DNA from: Macrostomum lignano
Lineage: Eukaryota
Direction: 5' to 3'
Assembly (NCBI GenBank): GCA_002269645.1
Contig: NIVC01002954.1
Span: 1-64,000 of the forward strand
DNA: 64,000 nt
In this document: positions 44,505-58,130 of the stretch, piece by piece
How the letters are laid out: the number at the start of each line of letters is the position of its first letter
Position numbering within the stretch: the stretch's first letter is position 1
The notes under the pieces: model-generated
What the model saw: the letters and a program-made list of their open reading frames with translations, nothing else
Database searches by the model: none
Told to the model about the DNA's origin: nothing
Translations under genes and position numbers: made by a program

Positions 44505-47500
44505 CAGTTCGAGTGAGGTGGTTGCGTGCTGAAGTAGTGAAGTGGGCGCTGTAAGATTGAAATGGGCGCTGAAGGAATGATCAGAGATGGCTACTATTGA
44601 AATAAGGGTGCGTGTATTGCAGTAGCAGAGCTTGGAAACAATGCAGGTGTAATTAAAGGAGTATTGTACAGTATATACGCTCTATATAAAGATTTGTATT
44701 CGGAAATGCTTCGTTTTCAACTATTATACATGTGCACCACGGACACGTTTTGATTGGGCTCAACTGACTTTAAATTTTTTATTCGGATTTGATCCATACG
44801 CTACGTACATGTACATGTGAATTTAAATTTGATACATGTATTTTATTCCAATTTTATTATCAACAATTAGTCACGAAAGCGCCAAAGGCTGGAAACGTAC
44901 AGTTAACATTCGATCTTGCTTGTCTCAAGCACTTAATTTTTCAAAATTTATAAGAGCTACAAATTGGTTTGCCACTAAACTCTCATACTTTTTGTTGTGT
45001 TAAATTTCCTAATTGCTTCAACGTACCCAATAAAGTTCAATATAAATACAAACATCTCATCTAATAAATTAACGGTTTGTTATTTTGTTCTTTTGTTAAA
45101 ACTCACCGAAACTTCAATTTTACACGAACTCAGTTTTTATCACTCGCTGTACTCTGTACACCTGATCGAATCAAGTTGTACATAGAACATTGACGTTGCC
45201 AATGCATTAACAGCATTACGCACATGTCATGGCACTGGCAGTGATAAGATGACAGACTAAAAAAGAATCCGTTGCACTTGTTAACCATGCTAACCTATTT
45301 AAGTTCGATTGTACACTGTTACACATTAGTTCGTGTCGTCAAGCTTTACTCTTAAGTCTAGGACTCCAGTACTAGTAGCCAGTAGGTAGCCTAGTAGGCC
45401 TACGTCTGTAGTACGTAATAGGCCTTAAGCTTAGGAGGTTCTGGTTGTACTGTGTCAGTGTCTGTAGCTGTAATGTTGACGTAGTGTAGTAGGGCCTAAA
45501 ATCAGAAAAAGCACTAAAATTACCACGGCACGTGGACTCATTTTCTGGGGTTAGGCCTACAGTCATTTTGGCAAAAAGACCTTTTGGCAAAGGGCATTTC
45601 GGCGAATTAGATACTATTAGCCCCTGGTGCCATAAGCTCCTGCTGCCTATGCTGTCTATATATAAATATAATTAAATGAATGGTTAATGGGTTCCAGTAA
45701 TACACATACACAGATACATTAGTTTACAAACACCAAAGTCTATCAGTCTAGAAAGCTTAAGTTTCATGCTAATTTGAAGGCTTAACTATTTATTTTAAAT
45801 TAGGCCTATATACACCTATTATTTAAAGGTGCCTATGTTATATTGTCATATGACTATTTTGCATGACTTTTCTATGAAATTATATGAATTAGGCCTAGCC
45901 TCCTAGCTAGTCCTAGATAAAGCAATTGATTAGGCTAAGGCCCTAGCTAGACCCTAGGCCTAAAAGGATCCTAGTCATTGTCAAATAGTCAAGTCAACTG
46001 GTGCTTTATCAACTAAAAAGCCATTGCCTTTAAATCACTTTATCATTTGGTCAATCAATAGGCGCATGACCAAGACCGCCACACACCAAGACCGCCACAG
46101 CTCTTACTGGCTACTGGAATTGAGGGGGAGCTACTAATCTTCCAGCATTGCTATTGGTTGTGATGGGTTGTGGAGTTAGATGAGGAGGAAGCGTCCCAAG
46201 ATTGGTCACGAATAAGTGGCCCAAAACGATTGCAAGTCAACCAGGCAATTTTAACAATATCTTTAACAAAACCACAATTTGTTACTTTTAGCAGTAGATG
46301 AGCATGAATAATGCTTTTGAGAGCAAAAGCTTGAGTAATTAGATTTAACTTCACTTTCAAAAAAGCGCCTCTCAAAATGCAATTGCAGGTTGCTGTAATT
46401 TGAAAAGTTTTTTACGAGCTCGCACATTCGTATATTCGGCGTCTGGGTGCGTAGTGCATTACGGACAAACAAATCTAAGCGTCTTGATATGTGCTATGGT
46501 ATGTGGATTTAGAGGTGTCATTCATTTTGACGAAGGTTTACATGTATTTTGACGAAAGCAAGTTAACAACTATCGTTCACTCACATAACAGAAAAAGCGC
46601 ATCTTAGGCCCAATGCCTATGATATGTTACATGTCTGGAAATGTACGAGCACGAGCACTGTGTGTATTTCATTGTGTACTCAAAGCCGGGAATTTCGGAG
46701 AAAGCAAAGGGAGGAGATGAGAGTAAATTTACATGCACATGTAATGAGAGAATTTATGGAGAGGGGTTAGGAGATCTCGATCTCTCTCACTCTCACTCTC
46801 TCTCTCACTCATTTCACACCCACTCCCACACTGACACACTTTCTCACTCTCACTCTCTTACTCACTCACTCACTCACTCACTCACTCACTCACTCTCTCG
46901 CTTTTAATTCATTTCTGAATTTCAGGCACTATAATAAATTACAGAATTTTTCACACATTTGATCTTTTGCCTCCGATTTTTAAATGCAAATATCCTTTAC
47001 TCTCGCGCACTGCGGCAACTTTGCACAGGTACAGTGTGAGCTACATGTACATGCATTTTTTCAAAGGGTACTGATCGATAAATACTGATTTTGACAATTC
47101 TGACATCTCTTCAAAATATACCAAACTTCTTGATACATTTAATGTAATAAATGTAATACAGAGATGCACGTATGTGCATATGAGTGCAAGGTACATGTAC
47201 ATGTACACGTTTTCCAATCTATCTGTGACGTTTTTTCTAGCCGATCAGGAATTATCAATAGCAGTCAAATTTTTGCAGCTGAAATCACATTCAGCGTTAT
47301 GCAAAAAGGAAATATTTGCGAAATCAAAAAGCCGTTTTTAAAGCACTGCAAACTGTGGTCTGAGCCTTGCCGCTCGCAAATAAGTATTGCGGTGTGATGC
47401 GCTCCGTTTATATTTCGGGAGTCCATGCGGTGGAGATGCTTGAATTAGGTGAAAAATATGCAAACTTGAAGATATCAGTGGATAGGGCAGATCGAAGGGA

Positions 47501-48419
47501 GATTTGCGAACAAATTGTTAGAAAACAATGGTTGCATACTTTTGCAAAATGCTTGCATTCATCTGTTAGAACAGTTGTAGCTAGTATCGGACATGTGAAA
47601 TATGCAAAATACCATAGATCGGACCAATGGCACAATCATTTTTTATTTTAGATAGACTTCTTTTAGTCCCATCAAAGTTTGCATGTACTTCTGAGGTCAT
47701 GACCTCATGCTCATGCTGTACTTGGCAGATCCAGGTTTTCGCTCCAGGGACCTCGCTTGGTTGCACTATTACACATGGGAACACCAACTGCAATATAGAT
47801 GCCAAGCCCACATACGCTCGTACGTTGCTCAGAATTTAATTGAATTCAATCTGATCACACTATATTGAATACCCGCAGCTATTTTGAAATATTTGATAGC
47901 TATATCTCTAACGCCGGCCCCTCGTAAAAAATCCGTTACTATCCAAATCTTTTTTGTGCCCTCCTTTTGAACTCAGTACATTAATTGGAACTCACAGTTA
48001 TATATACAAACAGTTTTTTTAAGCTCGACTCGAGTCCATGCAGTTCAGGGGTTGCACCCAGAGGGGGAGGGGTCAAGGGAGGAAAATTCCGGGGTCTGCC
48101 CCCTCTTGCCAGTGCCACCTCTCTCCGTAACACCCCCCCCCCCCCCTAAAATTTTTTGAGTGCGCCCCTCGTTCCGTTTAAGATTTATGGCTTGGTATTT
48201 TAAAAATGCACGGCCGTTGCATGTAGCCTATAAGCGATGAATTTCAGAACCTATAAGAGATAACAAGTTAAGTACAGCTGTTTTTGTTACTATACGATCT
48301 ATTCGTGGTAACTGGGTGGAGAGTATTTGCTTCCTGTCTTGATTTAATAAGAACCCTGAGACAGTTGGCTAACCAAGCAAGCTGTCAATGCATTCATTCT
48401 AAAAAAGTGATAAATTTTT

Positions 48420-48830
48420 GACTGAAATAAAAGTGCAGAATGTAATGGCATGCGAAAAATGATGGCATTTAGAAGGTAATAATTAATAGCTTTACCTGTG
48501 CGCCGCATATGGACTGAAATAAAAGTGCAGAATGTAATGGTGTGCGAAAAATGTTGGCATTTAGAAGGTAATAATTAATAGCTTTACCTGTGCGCCGCAT
48601 ATGGACTGAAATAAAAGTGCAGAATGTAATGGTGTGCGAAAAATGATGGCATTTAGAAGGTAATAATTAATAGCTTTACCTGTGCGCCGCATATGGACTG
48701 AAATAAAAGTGCAGAATGTAATGGCATGCGAAAAATGATGGCATTTAGAAGGTAATAATTAATAGCTTTACCTGTGCGCCGCATATGGACTGAAATAAAA
48801 GTGCAGAATATAATGGTGTGCGAAAAATGA
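48420..48830. repeat. 92-bp tandem repeat (~4.5 copies) inside the MULE
   Basis: GACTGAAATAAAAG recurs at 48420, 48512, 48604, 48696 and 48788. Confidence 0.95.
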
Positions 48831-49873
48831 TCAAAGACGCAAATGGCATCCCGGTCCCACACAGGGTGCTGTAGCCAGGTTGCACGCACGTATTCCGTTA
48901 GCTCTAGAAGGCGCTGATTCTCTCCTGCCATTGCAGTGCAGGCTGCAAGGCCATCTAGCATGCAAGGAGCCGGCAGACAAGGAATCGAAAGCAGCATGCG
49001 TACTAATAACTTTACCGCAGGGGAAGTCGCATACTGCACCTGCAATCCAAGAGACTGGACTCGCCTGAAAACAGCCTGGCAGTAATGAAAAAAGCAGCCA
49101 CGAACTTGGGCTGCTGGATAAACTAGCCGAATGGCTTGCCAGGCGGCCGACTCAAAGTCGCAGATAAATTGGACAGGTGCATTACCAGTCAACTCCCATA
49201 CCTGCCGGAAGCAGGCTTGGTAGTCAGCCTGAGCCTTAACTGACATCAGAAAGAATGCCAGTGGTACCAGACGCTCTTGATTGTCGCAGCGAATGGCTCC
49301 ATGAAGGCTGTACAGCTGCATGAAAGGCGCCTTGACAATGCCGAATGTGCCATCGCAGTGCAGAATGCGTCGTGTGGACAGGATCTCCCGTTGTGTCGCA
49401 GACATGAAGACAAAGTGCCGTCCATTTGTCTCTGGCACAGTAACGTCCTGCAAATGGAACTCTGGGGGCACGTGCTCGGGATCAACCTGAAAATGGATGT
49501 TAGCTGGCTCTGCGGGGCGGCTTTTTTTACGAGAATAATTAGCATTGCGACTTAAGGAATCTATATTAATCACTGCCTGCACTTCTTGGGGTAGCTCTCT
49601 TACTTTCTCCTCAGCGATGATGCGAGCAGATTTGAATGGCGCTCGCTTTGCTTCCGCTTTTACCTGAGCTGCAATACGTCGTTTTTTAACTGGCTGATCG
49701 ACTGGATCGCAGGTGTGCTCTTTCAAGGCTTCAATGGTTCCGTCTTGTCGCTTGACGGCTGAGCCCAGGCATTTCGGTGCAGTTTTGTTGCAACGGTAGT
49801 AAGTGTTGCCGTTTCGCCGGCTCTTGACATGCATCAAGCGGCCAAGATCACGCCTGACGTACTGCACCAGCAA
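48830..49873 (-). CDS. MULE transposase (FLYWCH-like zinc finger + DDE domain), main exon; C-terminal part not located
   Basis: YYRC..C...H.C; LHCDGTF...FMQLYSLHG; ICDFESA...VRGCFFHYCQAVFRRVQSLGL; YVRATWL...W. Confidence 0.9.
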
Positions 49874-50733
49874 GTCAAAAATAGTTTTAGAACGTATTTT
49901 TTAATAAACAGGGAGAACATCCGAAATCAAAGTAAACGATTACTGTACATGTGATATGTGCATGCATTTTTGTGCCATACATTTTGATTGTAATAAGAGC
50001 GATTAGAGTAACTTTTGAGTGAGTGATCAGTGTGCAAGTGAGTGAGTGAGCGAGTAAGATACATGTAGAGGGTGAGAGAGTGAGTGAGTTAGTGATTGAG
50101 TGATTTAAAGTGAGCATGAAAGCTGCTTATAACAGGCCTCGTACAACTCGATCGAGGCCCAGCTCGTACAAATCACTGACTACTTTAGTGTCGTTTTTAT
50201 AGGAAGCCTGTACATGTACACGCAATAAAAACGGTATGGCTGCACGACTCACCATCCCGTAACCTCTAAATACAAGTGCATGTTAGCCTGCCTGCCTGCG
50301 ATCGAATTGGCAAATTTGCATTGGCAATCGGACATGCTCGAATCACACATGAAAACTCACATTATAACAAATTATAACAATGATAACCAACTCAAGGACC
50401 ACATTCGAAACTGCGAATTAAGAATGCAGTTAAGTCAAGAGCCTTTTTTCACAGCTTTCTACTAATAGTAGCTGTTTATTTAGGATTGATAGTTCCTTTA
50501 CAATTCAAATTGAATGAAAAAACGAGGAAGGCTCACTCAGGTCCGCCCGGCCCGCTCACCGGTTCCTCTCTCGCGGCCTTGTCGTCCCCATCTCACCCCT
50601 CCCCCAGCACCATCCAATAACATGGCGAGCCAAATTCCTCCCCCTAGCTCCCCTAAGTGTGGCGGTCTTGGTGTGTGGCGGTCTTGGTCCTACACCAATC
50701 AATAGGCCTAGACATTTAAATTTTAAATATAGT

Positions 50734-52702
50734 CAGTGTTGCTACAGGCTGCGTTTTTAACGTAGCTGCATTTTTTCTTTGAAAAATCTGCGTTTGTGCA
50801 TTTTTTTCTGCGTTTTTTCATTCTGCATTTTTACTTGCTAGCTGTTTTGTTGGTGACTTAAGTGGTCCTTTTTGCTGTTGTATTATCTAAAATCCCACGT
50901 TTTATGTTTGTTGCATCAGCTTTGTTTATCTTAAAATCCATTGTTTGAAAAATACAAAGAAAACTACTTCCTTCATTTGGGGTCGCTTCACAAGCTCGAA
51001 ATTTCACAACCTCGAAAAGCACATCCTTTCAAAAATCCGAAACTTCATAGGCTCGAAAATTCACAACCTCGAAGACCATTTTAGCAGCCAACTTCATAAG
51101 CTCGAATCTTCACATCCTCAAAAACCATTTTAGCAGCCAACTTCAAAAGCTCGAAATTTCACATCCTCAAAAGTTTTAGCAGCCGACTTCACTTTTAGTC
51201 TTTGGTTTGGGTTAGGATTGGCTAGGGTTAGGCTAGTATAGTGTTTCGAGGATGTGAAATTTCGAGCTTGCGAAAGCAACCCCTTCATTTTATTCTGCAT
51301 TAGCGTGTATTTTTGTCTTTATTTTGTATATAGATCATTCGCAATCTTCCAATCATTCGCCAGTAGGACCAGCTGAGTAGGTAATACAAATTAGTTAACC
51401 ATTTTAGCAATCGCTTCATCATGTCCTGCAAACTTGCAGTGTTATGTGGCAGTGATGTGACACAACATCAATAATATGGCCTAAATATTGTTGTATTGAA
51501 CTGCTAAAGAACAGCAACAGCACCAAATTTGGGAAGTTTGATTAGCACATGTGTAGGACTGTGTAATTGGGGAGGTATCAGATCAGGTGCCTAGTAGAGT
51601 AACTACAGAAGTTATTTTACAGTAGTAACTGGCGATCTTGGCTATACACAAACATGTTATACAATATTTTGGGACTCTATATCCAACATGTAGCCAACTG
51701 ACTGGCTACTAACCAGAACTAGAATGACTTGCCTTTACCACTTTACGATGGGAACTGGGAAACGTGCGCATTAGGGTAATCTATTCTATTCTATAATCTA
51801 ATCTATTCTATATCCAACATGTATTGCTAATAGGCAAATATGAACAACAATGGATAATAGATAAAAAAGTTTTAGTATAAGGAAGTTAGACCATGTGAAA
51901 AAATCGGACAGAACTTTCTGGACAACCCAATAAGTGCAGGATAAGTTGCGTATCCTAGTTTGTCTATTAGCCAATATCCATCGGCCAATTTTTGTGCACT
52001 CGCTGGCTGCTGCTGATTAAAGAGGAAATACATAAATTTTTGCATGTGACCATTTATGACATCTGCTGGTTGGCTGGTAGCCGTGTTGATTTTGGAATAA
52101 AATGTACTGATGTACTCTCAGCCTTTTTACTATCGTATTGCTTAGCATCGTCGTGATTTTCTATTACGCATTAGATATAAGAACATGTTTCGTTGCTAAT
52201 GTATCTTGTTAATCATCCTAGGGCTGCTAGTCACTTGTGTGCATTTATACAGTATAGTTGTATGTCCAGGGCACAGTGCTAGGATGTTTCAGGGCCTAGA
52301 TCATTTCTCTGTATTCTACTAATAGTGCAATGTAAATTTGTTCCTCGAACTCCTTGATGTCATTCATCATTATTTGCTCAACAGACAAGGGTACAGCCTG
52401 CAGTTGTGCAACTCGAGAACAGCTTCTTAATACTTGTATTAGCTACTGACTGGCATCTAACATGTAATGTACTAGCAGTTCGCATCTAAAAATTAAGGAC
52501 AGCAGGCTTCGGATTTGTTAAGAAAATTGTTGCTTTACACGGTGCCGTGTACATATGCAAAAACACAGAGCACACCCACGTAGGCAGGGCAGAGGCATGA
52601 ATGTACAATAGAGTAGTTCTGAGCTTCATTATAATTTTTAGTACTGCCTGCGTTTTTTTTATTGGCTGCGTCTATTTTTTTTAAATGCCTGTAGCAACAC
52701 TG
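50734..52702. mobile_element. Non-autonomous hAT-type element, ~2.0 kb
   Basis: 16-bp TIR CAGTGTTGCTACAGGC / GCCTGTAGCAACACTG and perfect 8-bp TSD AATATAGT (50726-50733, 52703-52710). Confidence 0.88.
50979..51283. mobile_element. MITE nested in the hAT element
   Basis: ~40-bp imperfect TIRs GGGGT(C/T)GCTT..CAAGCTCGAAATTTCACA.CCTCGAAA and 7-8-bp TSD (C)TTCATTT. Confidence 0.75.
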
Positions 52703-54469
52703 AATATAGTCACTTTGTCAATTGCCAATTGCAACTATAACACTTTATAATGGTAGTCATTTCATCAACTCATAGGGCCTAACTATGCATTATGTATATA
52801 TATAATATATGTAGTGCAGTGCAATATTATGTTTATATTTTCATGGCTATATTTAGACTATACTAAGAATTATTCTAATAAACTCTAATATAAATGAAGC
52901 AGGTTAATTAATTTTAAACTTAAAGTGCAATATACTGCATTGACATAGGCCAGCTTCTAGTTAATTCAGTAATAAGACAATCTAGCAATGTCAATAGACA
53001 ATCTGGCAATAGTCAAATTGGCAAAAGATAACCTAGCAATAGATTTGGTATTGTAGATTTTTAGTTTTTGATGTAGATAATTATATTTTACAAATTTACA
53101 TATATAGATAAGTAACTTTAAGATAGCTAGCATCTTTTCTAATAAAATGGTATATATAGCTGTACTTCTGACATAATTTAAAGTGTTACATCAAACATTT
53201 TATTGAATTAATATAATCTGATTACAAAATAAGTGTGCAACATTTAGTGAGAATATAAAGAACATATCAATTTAATGCAGTTTCCCATTTTTAAAGCAAT
53301 ATTATCATTTAGGGATGCTAATTCTGGTTAACCAGTTAACCAAAAAACCAGTTTCAGCCCCAAAAAGCAGTTTTCCAAGTACAGTTTTTGCACTTCTAAA
53401 TTATTTTATTAACAATTTTTATTATTTTTTATGAACATGCTAAGTCTCATGTTACAGTTTATTTTTGTATTGTTATATCACACATCGTAATTAATACAAA
53501 CTACTTATGCAAGATTTGTATCTGTTCAACTATAATTTACAAATGACAAATGATGAATAATTATTTATAGATGAAATATATTATGAAAAGGAATAGAGCC
53601 TAATCTAATAATCATATTGATCAAATGAACAAAGCAATATGCAATATATCTATTTTAATATTTAATATTTTAATATCTTTTTATCTGCACTATCTGCAAT
53701 ATATCTATTTTAATATAAAATTATTAGCTGCAACTATTACCTATTATTTAAACAGTTCATTTTTATTGATAATAAGATAATAAGATCAGTAGAGAATGCA
53801 AAGCAGGTGTATTAATGTACTGATTTACTTTTCCAGTTATTATTCCACTTTATCTGTTTGTACCAAAAAAAACTGCCAACCTTAACAAAATTTCCAATTG
53901 AAAATGAAAAAAATTGAATGCATCCTTCATTTGGTAATAGGCAAGTACACTAAAGAAAGAAAATATGATATGAAATCAATTTCAAGCGTATTTTTTTGGT
54001 GCAAGCACACTAAATAAATGACCTTTTTTGAATGGTCTGACAGCAAAAATTGGAAAACTGGTTTTGAAACCAGCCTATAGGCTGGCCTATAGGCTGACCT
54101 ATAGGCATGTTACTAGCAATCTAGTGCCTCCCTTTGGGGTTTGAAATAAGCAAGGAGCAAAAATTATTGATGCAAATCAATTATAAAGCACATTTTCTTA
54201 AGAACCAATTCCTTCAGTTTTATAAGTGACTTTATTTGAGTAAAATTGTCATAGACAAAGATGTTTGCTAAGGATATCTTTTTTGTAAAAGTAACAAAAT
54301 AGAACAGTAAGCACCCCCCCCCCCAAATGCAATAGCAAGCACCCCCAAAATACAATACCAAGTATCCCCCAGATAGCACCCCCAAGATAGCAAGTACCCC
54401 CCCCCCTTCCCAAGAGCAAGCCTCTTGCCTCCTGATATCAAGCATCCCCTGATCATCTAGTGCGATAAT

Positions 54470-55200
54470 CTCTTATTTATCAAGTGCAATAATCCTTGGT
54501 TTATCAAACACAGTAATCCTTAGCTTATCAAGTACAGTAATCCTTGGTTTATCAAGCACAATAATCCTTGGTTTATCAAGCGCATTAATCCTTAGTTTAT
54601 TAAGTGCAGTAAGCCTTGGTTTATCAAGTGCAGTAATCCTTGGTTTATCAAGTGAAAAAATCCTTGGTTTAACAAGTGCAATAATCCTTGGTTTATCAAG
54701 TGCAGAAATCCTTGGTTTTTTATCAAGTGCAGTAATCCTTGGTTTATCAAGTGCAGTAATCCTTGGTTTATCAAGTGCAGTAATCCTTGGTTTATCAGGT
54801 GAAAAAATCCTTGGTTTATCAAGTGCAGTAATCCTTGGTTTATCAAGTGCAGTAATCCTTGGTTTATCAAGTGCAGTAATCCTTAGTTTATCAAGTGCAG
54901 TAATCCTTGGTTTATCAAGTGCAGTAATCCTTGGTTTATCAAGTGCAGTAATCCTTGGTTTATCAAGTGCAGTAATCCTTGGTTTATCAGGTGAAAAAAT
55001 CCTTGGTTTATCAAGTGCAGTAATCCTTGGTTTATCAAGTGCAGTAATCCTTGGTTTATCAAGTGCAGTAATCCTTAGTTTATCAAGTGCAGTAATCCTT
55101 GGTTTATCAAGTGCAGTAATCCTTGTTTATCAAGTGCAGTAATCCTTGGTTTATCAAGTGCAGTAATCCTTATCAAGTGCAGTAATCCTTGATTTAGCAG
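54470..55200. repeat. 24-bp minisatellite AATCCTTGGTTTATCAAGTGCAGT
   Basis: Tandem array. Confidence 0.95.
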
Positions 55201-55762
55201 TAATCCTTTCAAGAGTAATCCTTACTTTCAAAAATCCAAGATGTATAGGAACTAAGAGCTTTCAAATGTTACAATGCTAATACTTCTATCCTACTATTCC
55301 ACTACCAATGTTGTGCTATAGTTGTGCTAAATTGCATTAGTGCTATTTGTCCTATTCTAAAAAAATCCTACAAATGCCCAATTCTATTGGGTTTTCAATA
55401 TATAAATTTATTTCCAAGGAATTGATTGTAAAACATAGCTCAATACATTTTTATTAGCAGTTCTAGTATCATTCAAATATACTTTGGTAGCATTTCTGAT
55501 ATATTCTAGTAGCATTAATGTAATATAGTCTAAGTAGTCATTTTGGTATATATATTATTTCTAATCTAGTCAATACTTAGATTAGAGGGTCATGGCACTA
55601 CTCTTTGTATATTTGCATAGGCTACCAACTCTCTAATAAATCTCTGAAGCATTTTTAGTATGGTCATTTATAGCAATTTGTCAATTTGTTTGTGTTGTAA
55701 ATTTGTATTTGTATTGCCCCATTACACTGCCATTTTTTATTTTTATTAGAGGCAGGGGAGTT

Positions 55763-56103
55763 GTGTGCACCCTGGCGCACTTTAAGCGACATAGGCACAC
55801 AACCGGCGAGAGGCATTACTGCCCATTCCGCCGACTCCCCTGAGCAGGCCGCAAGCGCGCGGATACGTACGCAGGCACACACTCACATAGGAGTGTACAG
55901 CAGCCCTAACTTTATTTTATCGTTAGGCATGTACACTTCACTGCGCCTTGGGGGGGGGGGGTTGGCTCTCAAGGCCGTTAATTGCACAAGCGAGCCAAGC
56001 CAAGATTCCAATCCAGCCCCAAATTAATGTGGCTGCACTTGGAATCGAGCCTGGGTCGCTAGCACATCAGAGCAGCTGCGCTACCGCTGGGCTACAGCCC
56101 CCC
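55763..56103 (-). mobile_element. tRNA-derived SINE, best-preserved copy
   Basis: Minus strand reads GGGGCTG-TAGCCCAGCGG (A-box)...GGCTCGATTCC (B-box)...GCAGCCAC, a tRNA-like head, followed by a body shared with 12005-12300. Confidence 0.7.
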
Positions 56104-56223
56104 TCTCATTACACCGCCAAGAATGATAAATAATAACAAACAATTAAATAATGAATCATTGAATATTAACTTTTAAAACTTTTAAAACTTGCCCCATTAC
56201 AATGCCAAGAATTGCCCCATTAC

Positions 56224-57555
56224 CAGTGTTGGGCAAAGTTCTGGCACTTCTGGCACTTTTAGTACCCAAAGTTACTTTTTTTAAAGGGGCACTTTTTTCT
56301 GGGTCATTTTTTAGAATGCCAGACTTCGGTAACGAAAGTTACCTTTTGATAAGTCTGGTCCTCCAGTACTTGAAAATGAAATTTTAGGTTCCAAACAGCC
56401 AATTTAGCACTAAATATTTCCCAAAGGCACAAAACTTTCACCAAAATACTCGTAGTACAAATATAAAAAGGTAAAAAGACACGATGCTAGTTCGTGTGGT
56501 TTTTACTTTTTAAGTTAAAACACAATTTAAGCAGATCATAGAATAATAGAATAAAGTAATTAAGGTTAACTACTAATGCTGAAACAAGGCACTTTCAAAA
56601 CAATAAACACTCTTAAACAACTCCTTGCAAGTTTTCTAACAAGGATAACTAGCAGTACACCAGGACGCTACACTCGTGATTAGTGGAAAATATTTTGAAG
56701 GCCGATTTCTTTATTTAGATGTTCGTGCAGGACGACACGAGTGATGCATTCTAAGAGTTTTTTACTTTTAACTCTGAGGCTAATTATAATTTTCTAATTG
56801 CAGCGCATGGCACTAATCAAGTTATTTAAAGTCTTGTGCATTGGTCCATCTATCAAATTCCATCCATTTGTTGTCCTGGTATCTTTTCTCTTAATTGTTA
56901 ACTGGCATTTCCAAGACTGGCTGCCAGAAGATTATCATTGATTCTAAGTGAGTCAGCAGTACAAAAGTATACTTACAATACTGTAAAAGTATAGCTGCTA
57001 TAAAACTACAGCACAATACTATGTAGTAGGGCGATGAGAATTACCCACAAAAACTAAAAGTCGTCTGGAGTATACTAATTGTGACACATATTCTACTAAT
57101 TGTGACACACCTATTGGACAAAAATTATCTCGATACATACTTCTGAGTCTTCAGAGTCAGAATCAACATTTGAAAATTGGCCTCCAAATTTTTTTCTACT
57201 AATTGCGAGTGTAGCGTCCTGATATATCAGATACTGATATTCATTGTTTTGTAAAGGTTTTGTTTATTCCCTTGAATTTTGGATGCGATAATAATAAAAA
57301 ATATTTATTATTATTGTTGCATCTTTATTTAAGAAATAACAGCAGGTATAACTCTCAGCCAACACATACTTTTTGTTTTTTTCACAAAGACATGTACAAA
57401 CACTTTTTAATCGGCGGCTATTTAAAATTAGAAAGGACCGGTAACGGAAGTACCGGAAGTTACTTTTTATAAAAAGTAACGGTACCGGAACAAGTGCCAG
57501 AAGTTACCTTCCTTGGAACCGGAAGTTACTTAACCAGTACATTTGCCCAACACTG
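56224..57555. mobile_element. Non-autonomous hAT-type element (~1.3 kb) inserted in a minisatellite
   Basis: TIR CAGTGTTGGGCAAA / TTTGCCCAACACTG, subterminal AAGTTAC motifs, perfect 8-bp TSD CCCATTAC (56216-56223, 57556-57563). Confidence 0.88.
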
Positions 57556-58130
57556 CCCATTACACTGCCAAGAATCGCCTCATTACACTGCCAAGAATCG
57601 CCCCATTACACTGCCAAGAATCGCCTCATTACACTGCCAAGAATCGCCCCATTACACTGCCAAGAATCGCCTCATTACACTGCCAAGAATCGCCCCATTA
57701 CACTGCCAAGAATCGCCTCATTACACCGCCAAGAATCGCCTCATTACACTGCCAAGAATCGCCTCATTACACCGCCAAGAATCGCCCCATTACACCGCCA
57801 AGAATCGCCCCATTACACCGCCAAGAATCGCCCCATTACACCATCAAGAATCATCCCATTACATCGTCAAGATGCCCCCCCCCCCCTGTTACACTCAAGA
57901 ATCATCCCATTACATCGTCAAGAATTGCTCCATTACACCAACAAAATTGCCCCATTACACCCCCAAGAATCGCCCCATTACACCGCCAAGAATCATCCCA
58001 TTACATCGTCAAGATTCCCCCCCCCCCTGTTACACTCAAGAATCGCCCCATTACATCATCTGGAATCCCCCCCCATAAATTACAGCCGAGAACCGCCCAT
58101 TACGCCGTCAAAAATCCCCTATTACCCAAA
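57556..58130. repeat. 23-bp minisatellite CCCATTACACTGCCAAGAATCGC
   Basis: Tandem array; one or two units also lie left of the hAT at ~56190-56223. Confidence 0.92.

Larger units (their letters stand above)
46061..50696 (-). mobile_element. Full-length Mutator-like (MULE) DNA transposon, ~4.6 kb
   Basis: Perfect 31-bp inverted repeat GACCAAGACCGCCACACACCAAGACCGCCAC at 46068-46098 / 50659-50689, GG...CC termini, flanking 8-9-bp direct repeat (C)AATCAATA at 46052-46060 / 50696-50704, internal MULE transposase. Confidence 0.88.

Noticed and set aside
53310-54450. Possible hAT element starting TAGGGATG
   Set aside because: Right end only loosely matches and no convincing TSD was found.
56030-56103. 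Functional tRNA gene
   Set aside because: Mismatched acceptor/D/T stems, no clear anticodon arm, and attachment to a dispersed repeat body indicate a SINE head.
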